In this document: one piece after another, positions 1 through 8,264 of the stretch
Layout: every line of letters starts with the position of its first letter
How positions within the stretch are numbered: the stretch's first letter is position 1
Assembly: GCA_964547945.1 (NCBI GenBank)
Contig: CAZJPL010000001.1
Coordinates: 345 to 64,344, forward strand
DNA length: 64,000 nucleotides
Direction of reading: 5' to 3'
Source of the DNA: an uncultured Anaeroplasmataceae bacterium
GTDB taxonomy: Bacteria; Bacillota_I; Bacilli_A; Acholeplasmatales; Anaeroplasmataceae
Position numbers and translations under genes: made by a program
The notes under the pieces: generated by a model
What the model was told of the DNA's origin: nothing
Seen by the model: the letters and a program-made list of their open reading frames with translations, nothing else
The model's database searches: none

Positions 1-45
1 ACACTATCAATTTTTCTTAACTTATCATCTTCAGTTTTAAAAATC

Positions 46-1044
46 TCAATCATAGTTAACTCCTTTCCATTTTTTATAATCTTCTTTAGTTAGATAATAT
101 TCAAGAGATTTAACATTCTTTTTATCTACAGTTTTATCATTACTCATCTTATAATAAATAAATCCTTGTTTAAGTATTACATTTTTAGATGGTATATTAA
201 AATCAAAATGTCTAACACGTAACAAATCTAATTTAATATCAGTAAATATAAAAGGTATGTAAGTATTTAAAGCTTCTGTCATAATACCTTTTTTATGATA
301 ATCTTTACTTAAAACATAGCCTATTTCTCTATATTTTAAACCTTGAAATTCATGTATATATTTTTTATGTAAACCAATAGAACCTATTACTTTGTTATTT
401 TCTTTATAAACTATAGCTAAAACATCTTTTTCTTTAATAAAATTAGCTAATATCATTTTAGTTGTTTCAATAGTAGTGTGATGAGACCAACCTGCCATCT
501 CACCTACTCCTTCTACTCTAGCATATTCATAAAAATCATCTAGATCATCTTCTTTAAAAGGTCTTAATATTAATCTATCAGTTTCTAAATAAATATTTTC
601 TAAATTAATATCATATCTTAAATCTCTAAAGAAATTAGTAATAATAGAACTACATTCATCTTCTTTTAAATATTCATAATCTAACTTATGAGTAAATAAA
701 CTAAAGCTATTTACCTTAGATACTACAGCTCCATTTTTTTCATCTATAGCCCCAAAATAAACTTTTTTAATTCTACTATTAATAATAGCTCCAGCACACA
801 TTAAACAAGGCTCTAAAGTAACATATAATTCACAATCTTCAAGTCTCCAAGTATTAAGCTTTTTACTAGCTTTAGATATAGCTAATATTTCAGCATGACC
901 TAGGGGGTCTTGTTTCTTTTCTCTTAAATTATACGCTCTAGCTATAATTTTATTATTTTGAACTATTACAGCCCCTATAGGACATTCTCCTAAATCATAA
1001 GCTTTATAAGCCTCTTTTAAAGCAGCTTTAAGAAACTTATTCAT
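46..1044 (-). CDS. tadA: tRNA adenosine(34) deaminase TadA fused to a C-terminal GNAT (RimJ/RimL-type) N-acetyltransferase
   Basis: N-half has the deaminase zinc motifs HAEILAI and PCLMCAGA. C-half begins LETDRLILRPF..., typical of RimJ-like GNATs. Preferred start is ATG at 1044 (MNKFLK), overlapping the tdk stop in ATGAATAA. Stop is TGA at 46-48. Confidence 0.85.
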   Translation of the reverse strand: MNKFLKAALKEAYKAYDLGECPIGAVIVQNNKIIARAYNLREKKQDPLGHAEILAISKASKKLNTWRLEDCELYVTLEPCLMCAGAIINSRIKKVYFGAIDEKNGAVVSKVNSFSLFTHKLDYEYLKEDECSSIITNFFRDLRYDINLENIYLETDRLILRPFKEDDLDDFYEYARVEGVGEMAGWSHHTTIETTKMILANFIKEKDVLAIVYKENNKVIGSIGLHKKYIHEFQGLKYREIGYVLSKDYHKKGIMTEALNTYIPFIFTDIKLDLLRVRHFDFNIPSKNVILKQGFIYYKMSNDKTVDKKNVKSLEYYLTKEDYKKWKGVNYD

Positions 1045-1627
1045 GAACTCTAACCTCATGACACCGTCTACATCTAGCCTCATATGATTCAGTTGCTCCT
1101 ATTAAGACAGTAGGATCATCAATATAAGCAGGTTCATTATTTACCATTCTTTGAGTTTCAGTAGCTTCTTCCCCACATTTTACACAAATAGCAGTAAGTT
1201 TAGTTATTTCATCAGCAACTGCTAATAACTCTGGCATTATACCAAAAGGTTTACCTGTAAAATCTTTATCTAAACCAGCACATATTATTCTTAATCCTAT
1301 TTTAGAATATTCATTAACTAAATCTATAAAACTAGGATCATAAAATTGTACTTCATCAAATACTAAAGCATTAATATCATCTTTAATATATTTTTTTATC
1401 TCATTAGGATTATTAATATCTATATTAATAGCTTTAGTACTTTTTTTATTATGAGATACTACTTCATCATTTGCATATCTATTATCTATATTAGGTTTAA
1501 ATACTAAGTAATTCTTATGAGCATAATCCATTCTTTTTACTCTTCTTATCAACTCTTCAGTTTTTCCAGCAAACATAGGTCCGCATATTACTTCTATTTT
1601 ACCTATTTTATTCTCACTATAATACAT
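1037..1627 (-). CDS. tdk: thymidine kinase
   Basis: P-loop GPMFAGKTEELIRR and C-terminal zinc ribbon CVKCG...CRRCH; length typical of type II TK. Confidence 0.95.
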   Translation of the reverse strand: MYYSENKIGKIEVICGPMFAGKTEELIRRVKRMDYAHKNYLVFKPNIDNRYANDEVVSHNKKSTKAINIDINNPNEIKKYIKDDINALVFDEVQFYDPSFIDLVNEYSKIGLRIICAGLDKDFTGKPFGIMPELLAVADEITKLTAICVKCGEEATETQRMVNNEPAYIDDPTVLIGATESYEARCRRCHEVRVHE

Positions 1628-1761
1628 AATTTCAACCTTCTAAATACCAAAAATATCAATTTAATAATAAAACAAATATCTTCTAAATACAAGAAAAAAG
1701 AGTTTTAACTTTTAAATAATTTTTTTATTTAAAAATACAACAATTTTAATTAAATAAAAAA

Positions 1762-1840
1762 ATCTAATTATGGCTTAACTGCCTAATAATTTTAATTTAA
1801 AGATAAATTAACTGTCGAACTTTTTCAAATAATATAAAAT
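1762..1840. repeat. intergenic repeat copy A (about 80 nt, TGGCTTAACTGCCTAATAATT...ACTGTCGAACTTTT...AATATAAAA)
   Basis: Aligns by eye at roughly 80% identity with copy C at 2212-2290. Confidence 0.7.
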
Positions 1841-2111
1841 ATAGAATTTTACTAATAACATATATAAACTGATATCTCTCATATCAACATAATGTAGTGC
1901 TTAAAATCAAAAGCTTACTTATAGAAAAATATAACTATAATCACAAAAAATCATATTTTTGTATGTATTTTCAAGACAAACTTTTGTTACATAATACCTA
2001 TAAAAATAAATAATATTAATATAATTCACATTATTTTTGTATCATATAGCTGATTAAGATAAATTTAAAATAAAAATTTATATACTACTTTTTTTTATAG
2101 AAAATAAAACT

Positions 2112-2170
2112 CTATTTTTGGCTTAACTACCTTATTAATTAGAATTTATAAGCCAAACAAGTGTCTAAGA
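2112..2170. repeat. intergenic repeat copy B (diverged/truncated; TTGGCTTAACTACCTTATTAATT...TAAGCCAA)
   Basis: Shares the 5' half of copies A and C, then diverges. Contains the inverted repeat TTGGCTTA/TAAGCCAA. Confidence 0.5.
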
Positions 2171-2211
2171 ACTAGTAAAATAGATACTACATTTTTTAGA
2201 TACTAATTTTC

Positions 2212-2290
2212 ATCTAATTTTGGCTTAGTTACGTAATAATTAAAATTTATTAATCAATTGACTGTCGAACTTTTATAAGCAATATAAAAC
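2212..2290. repeat. intergenic repeat copy C
   Basis: ATCTAATTTTGGCTTAGTTACGTAATAATT...TTGACTGTCGAACTTTTATAAGCAATATAAAAC; abuts the rpmE terminator. Confidence 0.7.
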
Positions 2291-2317
2291 CCCTAAATTC
2301 ACTTAAGAATCTAGGGG
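2290..2317 (-). terminator. rho-independent terminator of rpmE
   Basis: Minus strand reads CCCCTAGATTC-TTAAGT-GAATTTAGGGG followed by TTTTATATT. Confidence 0.8.
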
Positions 2318-2328
2318 TATATAAACGA

Positions 2329-2538
2329 CTATTTCTTATCTAAGCCATAACGTTTATTGAAACGATCTACTCTACCATCAGCTTGAGTAAATGCTTGTTT
2401 ACCAGTATAGAATGGATGACAATTAGAACAAGTATCAACACGAATTTCGTTTAATACTGATCCTGTTTCAAAAACGCTACCGCAAGTTGTACAAGTTACC
2501 TTAACTTTTTTATAGTCTGGATGTATTCCTGTTTTCAC
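2329..2538 (-). CDS. rpmE: 50S ribosomal protein L31 (zinc-binding type A)
   Basis: MKTGIHPDY..., CxxC...CxxCH zinc motifs; GTG start with SD GGAAGGAG; extended -10 (TGGTAGAAT) upstream. Confidence 0.95.
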   Translation of the reverse strand: MKTGIHPDYKKVKVTCTTCGSVFETGSVLNEIRVDTCSNCHPFYTGKQAFTQADGRVDRFNKRYGLDKK

Positions 2539-2625
2539 TTACTTCACTCCTTCCGCCATGGATTTAATCACCATAGTAAGACTTTGGTATTCTACCATAT
2601 TAATTAAAAATTAACAAGTATAAAA

Positions 2626-3351
2626 TTATTCTTCATCTTCAACAATGTTAGCATTATGATAAATTTCTTGAACATCATCTAATTCTCTTAACATATCTAA
2701 CATTCTTCTAAACTTTTCTTCATGTTCTTCATCTAAATCTACTTTATTACTTGGAATTAAAGTAATTTCATTAGAACTGAAGTCTAATTCAGTACCACAA
2801 TTATCTAAAGCTTGTTTAATAGAATTAAAATCTTTAGGATCAGCTAATATTACTGTTTCTCCATCTTCAGTTTTAATTTCTTCACAATCACAATCATTAT
2901 TCATTAATAATTCCATTGTTTCATCTTCAGATAAACCAGTAAATCTAAATATAGCTTTACGATTAAATAAGTATGTTACTGAAGTACCTATTTGACCACC
3001 AGTTTTATTAAAACAATTTCTTACTTCCGCAAATGTTCTATTATCATTATCTGTTAAACATTCTACTATAACAGCTACATTACCACTGCCATAACCTTCG
3101 TATGTTTTTTCTTTAGTAGCACCACTAATAGCACCTTTAGCTTTTTCGATAGCTCTTTTGATAACATCAGCTGTACATTGATCTTTTTTAGCTCTTTCAA
3201 TAACTCTTTTTAGAGTTTGATTCATATCAGGATCAGGTACACCAGCTTTAGCAGCTTGAAATATTTCCTTTCCCCATTTTGCATATTTTGCTGACTTCAT
3301 CGCAGCTGTTTTAGCCATTGAAGCAGCTCTAACTTCATGTGCTCTTCCCAT
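2626..3351 (-). CDS. yebC: YebC/PmpR family DNA-binding transcriptional regulator
   Basis: MGRAHEVRAASMAKTAAMKSAKYAKWGKEI... is the canonical YebC N-terminus; 241 aa. Confidence 0.93.
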   Translation of the reverse strand: MGRAHEVRAASMAKTAAMKSAKYAKWGKEIFQAAKAGVPDPDMNQTLKRVIERAKKDQCTADVIKRAIEKAKGAISGATKEKTYEGYGSGNVAVIVECLTDNDNRTFAEVRNCFNKTGGQIGTSVTYLFNRKAIFRFTGLSEDETMELLMNNDCDCEEIKTEDGETVILADPKDFNSIKQALDNCGTELDFSSNEITLIPSNKVDLDEEHEEKFRRMLDMLRELDDVQEIYHNANIVEDEE

Positions 3352-3535
3352 TACGATCTTCCTTTCTTCACATAGACAAATTATTATAAAAGTTTTTAGT
3401 TAAAATTTCAATATCCTTTAAAACTTAATCTAAGATAAAACGTATATTTTTTAATAAAAAATACAAAAAAAATAATTTAATTTGTCTAATATATAATGAC
3501 ACCAGATAAGGTGTTATTTCGGTTGGAGGTATTAT

Positions 3536-3577
3536 ATGAAACCAATACTAATTGGTAAAATTGGTGGAGGTTTTTGA
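3536..3577 (+). CDS. candidate 13-aa micro-ORF (MKPILIGKIGGGF)
   Basis: ATG 5 nt after GGAGGT, with a TATAAT-like -10 about 35 nt upstream. Ends on a TGA that is in frame with the next micro-ORF. Confidence 0.25.
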   Translation: MKPILIGKIGGGF

Positions 3578-3601
3578 TCTGAATTAGGAGGCGTACTCTT
3601 T

Positions 3602-3676
3602 ATGGAGTATCTTGTTATCCTAGCTTTGATAATGTTTATCATCATTATAGCAGGTAATAACAATGGTGATAAGTAA
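3602..3676 (+). CDS. candidate 24-aa hydrophobic peptide (MEYLVILALIMFIIIIAGNNNGDK)
   Basis: AGGAGG 10 nt upstream of the ATG. Single TM-like segment with a polar tail. A strong hairpin terminator follows about 50 nt downstream. Confidence 0.35.
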   Translation: MEYLVILALIMFIIIIAGNNNGDK

Positions 3677-3723
3677 GATTATTACCGCTAACTAAATAAT
3701 TAAAAACATTCTCCACCGAAATT

Positions 3724-3756
3724 GAAAAGGCTAGGACTCACGATCCTAGCCTTTTC
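3724..3756. terminator. bidirectional intrinsic terminator
   Basis: Perfect 13-bp stem GAAAAGGCTAGGA/TCCTAGCCTTTTC with a 7-nt loop; A/T runs on both sides. Confidence 0.8.
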
Positions 3757-3825
3757 CGTTTCCTAAATAAAATTCCAAACATTCTCCGAGAATTCCTTCT
3801 CTACAAGTATTTTAACATTTTTAAA
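3725..3825 (-). repeat. about 100-nt conserved module, copy 1 (promoter-like TGTTAAAAT + TAGAGAAGGAATTCT core + hairpin terminator)
   Basis: Homologous along its length to 6303-6402 (alignment by eye). Its 5' end overlaps the stop codon of the AEC transporter gene. Confidence 0.6.
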
Positions 3826-4861
3826 TCTGAATTGGAAGTATTCCTAGATTAATTAATAATATAATTATAACAAATAAAGATACTATCGATGCTAAGGAAG
3901 TCCAAACTACTAACTGTCCTGCGAGTTCACCATCTTGACCCATTTCTATACTCATCGGTACACTTGATACAGCTATTGGAGTTGCAAACAGGGCTATTAA
4001 TGAAGGGAAGTATATATAAACATCAGTAACTTGATATTTTAATATATAATAAAATGCAATTAAACATACCGTAGGTACAAACACTATTCTTATTAAAACA
4101 CCTAAAATAATTTGTTTTTTTAACTTTTTAACAGCTTCAAAAGTAAATCCGGCTCCTAGCATTATTAAGGCAAAAGGAGTTGCCATGTCACCAATTTGAG
4201 TAAGTGGTTTATAAAGTATTACAAAATCACTTAATCTCCAAGATATATTAGTTAAAACAAATATCTCTCTTATACATAAAGCAAGTATTCCGGCAAATAC
4301 TCCTATAATAAGGGGATTTTTTATTATATCAAGTAATATCTTTTTTATACTCACTTTATTATTTTCTTCCTTGTTATACATGCTTAAAGCTATTACCGCA
4401 AAAGAATTAAATAAAGGTATACTTATAGCTGAAACTAAACTAGCTATCCCAACTATATCTGAATCACTAGAATAACCCAAAGATGTAGCAATAAAAGTAG
4501 ATAAAGGTATACCTACAATAGCGTAATTAGATCTAAAAAAACATTGGTGTATTACACCTTTTTGTCTATCATCTTTAACAAATAGCTTAACTACTATAAT
4601 ACCTATTAAAAATAATATTACTATGGCTATAGCTACTTCTAAAATAAACAAACCATAATCACCTATTTTTTTAATATCTTCTATAGCATATATATTACAA
4701 AATAATAAGACAGATATTAATATCTTAAAACAAAACTTGTTCCCTTGTTTTTGAAAAGATTCAGTAATTAATCCTACTTTCTTTAATATATAACCCACTA
4801 ATACTAAAACAACTATTGGTAAAATTGCTTCGCAAGCGACAACAAATGACTGCCAAACCAT
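3821..4861 (-). CDS. AEC (auxin efflux carrier) family permease
   Basis: About 10 TM segments; N-terminus ...ILPIVVLVLVGYILKK.G... typical of the AEC/malate permease family. Confidence 0.8.
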   Translation of the reverse strand: MVWQSFVVACEAILPIVVLVLVGYILKKVGLITESFQKQGNKFCFKILISVLLFCNIYAIEDIKKIGDYGLFILEVAIAIVILFLIGIIVVKLFVKDDRQKGVIHQCFFRSNYAIVGIPLSTFIATSLGYSSDSDIVGIASLVSAISIPLFNSFAVIALSMYNKEENNKVSIKKILLDIIKNPLIIGVFAGILALCIREIFVLTNISWRLSDFVILYKPLTQIGDMATPFALIMLGAGFTFEAVKKLKKQIILGVLIRIVFVPTVCLIAFYYILKYQVTDVYIYFPSLIALFATPIAVSSVPMSIEMGQDGELAGQLVVWTSLASIVSLFVIIILLINLGILPIQI

Positions 4862-4874
4862 GTTTACTCCTTTC

Positions 4875-6206
4875 TCATTTCCCTAAACAAAACTTAGTGA
4901 ATAAAGCAGTTAATAATTCATCAGGATATGCCTCTCCTACAATTTCTCCTAATTTATCAAACGCAGTTTTAATATCTATTTCTACTAAAGATATATCTGT
5001 ATTATCTTTAGTACTGTTTAATGCATTTTTTAAAGCTTCTAAACTCTCTTCCATTAATCTTATTTGTCTAACATTATTTAAACTAGGATTACCTACATTA
5101 AACTCGTTTATCTTAAGTAATTGATATATCTTATCTTTTAATTCTAATAATCCTTCACTATTCTTAGCTGATATTATTACTATATCATCTATATTCCACA
5201 TTTGAGGTAAGTCACTCTTATTAGCTATTATTACATGTTTCTTATCTTTAACTAAATCTATTAATTTATAATCATCTTCTATTAAAGGTTTAGATATATC
5301 AAGTACTAATAATACTAAATCAGCTTCTTCTATACACTCTTTAGCTTTTTTTATACCTATACTCTCTATTATATCGCTATTTTCTCTAATACCAGCTGTA
5401 TCTAATAAATTAAGTGTTATATCACCAAGTCTTACTACACCTTCAACCACATCTCTAGTAGTTCCAGCTATATCAGATACTATAGCTTTATTTTCTCCTA
5501 ATAAAGTATTTAAAATAGTACTCTTGCCTACATTAGGTCTACCAACTATAGCTGTTTTAACCCCAGATATAATAACCTTAGATATCTTAGAATTAGCTAT
5601 AATTTCTTCCATTTTATTTATTAAGATATTTAGATGTTCTTCTAAATAAGGATGAGTAACATCAATCATATCATCATATTCAGGATAATCTATATTCACC
5701 TCTATTTGAGCTAAAATATTTAAAATATCTTCTCTTAAATTATTAATTAAATCTTTTAATTTATTATTTAAAGAATTAAGTGAACTAACTAAAGCTAATT
5801 TAGATTCAGCATTAACAACATCCATAACAGATTCAGCAGCTGTTAAATCCATTTTATGGTTTAAGAAAGCCCTTTTTGTGAATTCGCCTGGTTCAGCCAA
5901 TCTAAATCCTATCTTAAGCAAAGTTTCAAGTACTAGATTAGTAACAAATACTCCACCATGACAGTTAATCTCACAACAATTTTCCCCGTCATAAGAATGA
6001 GGACTTCTAAATATACTAACCATTACTTCATCTATTACTTCATTATTATATATAATATGCCCATAAATAATTCTATTACCTTTTACTTTAGTTAAATCTT
6101 TATCAAAAACCTTATTAACTAAGTTAATTGAATTATCCCCACTACATCTTATTATCGATATAGCTCCCTTGCCATAAGGGGTAGCGATAGCACATATTTC
6201 ATCCAT
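4875..6206 (-). CDS. mnmE: tRNA modification GTPase MnmE
   Basis: G-domain GRPNVGKSTILN, DTAGIR, NKSD; C-terminal FCLGK tetrapeptide motif; stop TGA. Confidence 0.96.
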   Translation of the reverse strand: MDEICAIATPYGKGAISIIRCSGDNSINLVNKVFDKDLTKVKGNRIIYGHIIYNNEVIDEVMVSIFRSPHSYDGENCCEINCHGGVFVTNLVLETLLKIGFRLAEPGEFTKRAFLNHKMDLTAAESVMDVVNAESKLALVSSLNSLNNKLKDLINNLREDILNILAQIEVNIDYPEYDDMIDVTHPYLEEHLNILINKMEEIIANSKISKVIISGVKTAIVGRPNVGKSTILNTLLGENKAIVSDIAGTTRDVVEGVVRLGDITLNLLDTAGIRENSDIIESIGIKKAKECIEEADLVLLVLDISKPLIEDDYKLIDLVKDKKHVIIANKSDLPQMWNIDDIVIISAKNSEGLLELKDKIYQLLKINEFNVGNPSLNNVRQIRLMEESLEALKNALNSTKDNTDISLVEIDIKTAFDKLGEIVGEAYPDELLTALFTKFCLGK

Positions 6207-6302
6207 CTAGCTCACTTCCTCAAAAATCAATTTACTTTTATATTCTACCCACCATAAATGACAAAGTCAATAATAGTATTTTTACTAAAATCAATAAAAA
6301 AA

Positions 6303-6402
6303 CGAAAAAGCTAGGGATATAATAGTCCCTAACATTTTCGCTATTAATTCAAACTTAATCTCTAAAGAATTCCTTCTCTAGCTATATTTAAACATTTTTA
6401 AA
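6303..6402 (-). repeat. about 100-nt conserved module, copy 2
   Basis: TTTAAAAATGTTTAAATATAGCTAGAGAAGGAATTCTTTAGAGATT...GTTTGAATT...CGAAAATGTTAGGGA-loop-TCCCTAGCTTTTTCG followed by a T-run. Confidence 0.6.
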
Positions 6403-6428
6403 CTTATTAGTCCAAATAACCTCGTATT

Positions 6429-6704
6429 TCATCGTTTTAATTCACTCAGTGCTTCTTCAACATCTGAATAATGTTTTACACTAGGGTCATGCGCAATCTT
6501 TTTAGCCTCTAACATCGCTGCAATAGTTTCTTGATTAGGTTTTTCTAATCTAACATCAAAAGGAAATCCACCAGCACGTAAAGACTGACGTAAGAAAACA
6601 TTTATAGCAGTCGTTAAATTTATTCCTAATTCTCCATAAAGCAACTCACATTGTTTTTTAATCTCATTATCTATACGGACACTAAAAGTTGTAGTAGCTG
6701 CCAT
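6429..6704 (-). CDS. RelB/DinJ family type II antitoxin (no adjacent toxin)
   Basis: MAATTTFSVRIDNEIKKQCELLYGELGINLTTAINVFLRQ..., a ribbon-helix-helix DinJ signature. Start ATG 6704 preceded by GGAGATGAAATA; the longer ORF start at 6791 is unlikely. Confidence 0.8.
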   Translation of the reverse strand: MAATTTFSVRIDNEIKKQCELLYGELGINLTTAINVFLRQSLRAGGFPFDVRLEKPNQETIAAMLEAKKIAHDPSVKHYSDVEEALSELKR

Positions 6705-6815
6705 TATTTCATCTCCTTTCTTATCTATTACACCTAGATTATATATTATATGTGTTGCAAAATCAATGCAATAGATATACATCAATAACAATTTTAACCC
6801 TAGTATAAATTATAT

Positions 6816-8144
6816 TTAATTACTATTTTTCTTTCTATAATATAAATAATATCCTAAACCTCCACCAACAAGTAAGAATACACATATAGCTATAGTTATA
6901 TATATTCCTATATTAGTATTAGTAGTATCTACTGTATCTATGTTTTCTAATACATTTATTGTAAATCTATAGGTTTTAGTAGTTCCATCTTCATAATCCA
7001 AACTTAAAGTAGCTACATGGCTACCTACTACATCTTGATATTCAAAATAATTAGTAGTTAATTTATAAGATACATAATTAGAATCTATTCTATTAGTACT
7101 TACTAATAATTTTAATATTTCTTCTTCACTTAATGGATTAGTAGTAGATATTTCTATAGGCATAACACTTATTACTGGAGCTTCATTATCTACTATTTTA
7201 ATATTTACTAAACAGCTACCTGTATTACCACTTGAATCAGTATATGATATAGTTATAGATTGAGTACCTAATAATTCTAAATTAATACTATTAGATACAT
7301 TCCATAAACTGTTACTAATACTTCCTTCATAATTATCAGTACAAGTTAACTCTTTATAAATATCATCTAAAGTAAAACTAGTACCATAATCTAATTCATA
7401 ACTTAATACTTCTTTACTAAATTTAGGGGCTGTAATATCTTTAACAATTATCTTATTAATAACAGTAGTTGTGTTATTAGATGAATCTGTTACACTAGCT
7501 GAAATATAATATTCAGTATCTATTTTAGCATCTTTAGGATCACTAGGATAATTAGATACAAATTCTATTTTACTAGTTATATCTCTATCGTAATTATCAT
7601 AGGCACTATATGTAGACTTAATTTGATCTAAAGTAATAAATTCATCATAATTTAAAACATGAACTTCATCTGAAGTTGCGATTACAGGGACTTTTTCATA
7701 ACTCAATCTATAAAAATCACTTTTGTCAGTAGATGTTTCAAGATCATCATATTCTACTCCCTCTTCAAGTAATAAAATTAAAGATGCAGCCCACCTTCTT
7801 GTTGATACTTGAGTTACTGTAGGTAAAAACTCTAATAATTCAGTACTAGCTGTGGCATTAAAATAAGTTAATAGTAATTCTTCTACATTATCTTCTGTAA
7901 AATAATTTTCATTAACCTTCCCATAACTCCTATAATAATTCATAGGTTGATCAAAGTTATATTCATCTATTGCCGGGTCTTGAAGAAGAAACCTGACAAT
8001 ATAATAACCTGGTTCTAAATAAGACCCTGATTCTACCTTTTCATACTCAGTAAACTTAATTTCAGGAAAACTAGCTTTTACTGAGCCAAAACTTAAACTT
8101 AGGAATATTATAACCCCTAACAAAATAAAACTAATTTTTTTCAT
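6816..8144 (-). CDS. surface-anchored protein with two Ig-like (DUF5011-type) repeats
   Basis: Signal peptide, C-terminal TM plus RKKNSN tail; repeat boundaries KDITAPKF and VDNEAPVI. Start ATG 8144 with SD GGAGG 6 nt upstream. Confidence 0.6.
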   Translation of the reverse strand: MKKISFILLGVIIFLSLSFGSVKASFPEIKFTEYEKVESGSYLEPGYYIVRFLLQDPAIDEYNFDQPMNYYRSYGKVNENYFTEDNVEELLLTYFNATASTELLEFLPTVTQVSTRRWAASLILLLEEGVEYDDLETSTDKSDFYRLSYEKVPVIATSDEVHVLNYDEFITLDQIKSTYSAYDNYDRDITSKIEFVSNYPSDPKDAKIDTEYYISASVTDSSNNTTTVINKIIVKDITAPKFSKEVLSYELDYGTSFTLDDIYKELTCTDNYEGSISNSLWNVSNSINLELLGTQSITISYTDSSGNTGSCLVNIKIVDNEAPVISVMPIEISTTNPLSEEEILKLLVSTNRIDSNYVSYKLTTNYFEYQDVVGSHVATLSLDYEDGTTKTYRFTINVLENIDTVDTTNTNIGIYITIAICVFLLVGGGLGYYLYYRKKNSN

Positions 8145-8264
8145 TTTTTTCCTCCTCATTATATATATAGACTAAAATAATTATTTTTTTATATCACTTT
8201 CTAATTATTTGTAAAAATTATTAAAAAAGGATATAATACTATTGTTTTGAAAGAAGGTTTTTAT

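Noticed and set aside
1-45. Possible start of another minus-strand gene at the left edge.
   Set aside because: Only 45 nt are available. No frame can be supported.
3770-3812. 14-aa ORF (MFGILFRKRKRLGS) inside copy 1 of the conserved about 100-nt module.
   Set aside because: The ATG and reading frame are not conserved in copy 2, so the conservation is at the nucleotide/RNA level, not the peptide level.
4875-4877. Possibility that the organism uses the Mycoplasma code (TGA = Trp).
   Set aside because: mnmE ends exactly at its universally conserved C-terminal ...FCLGK motif on TGA, and the SD and ATG of the next gene follow. All long ORFs are intact under the standard code.
6705-6791. N-terminal extensions suggested by the ORF track, e.g. 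6429-6791, 46-1083, 24421-25509, 39847-41157 and 8247-9233.
   Set aside because: Internal ATG codons with proper SD spacing and family-typical N-termini give better starts. The extensions encode no conserved sequence.
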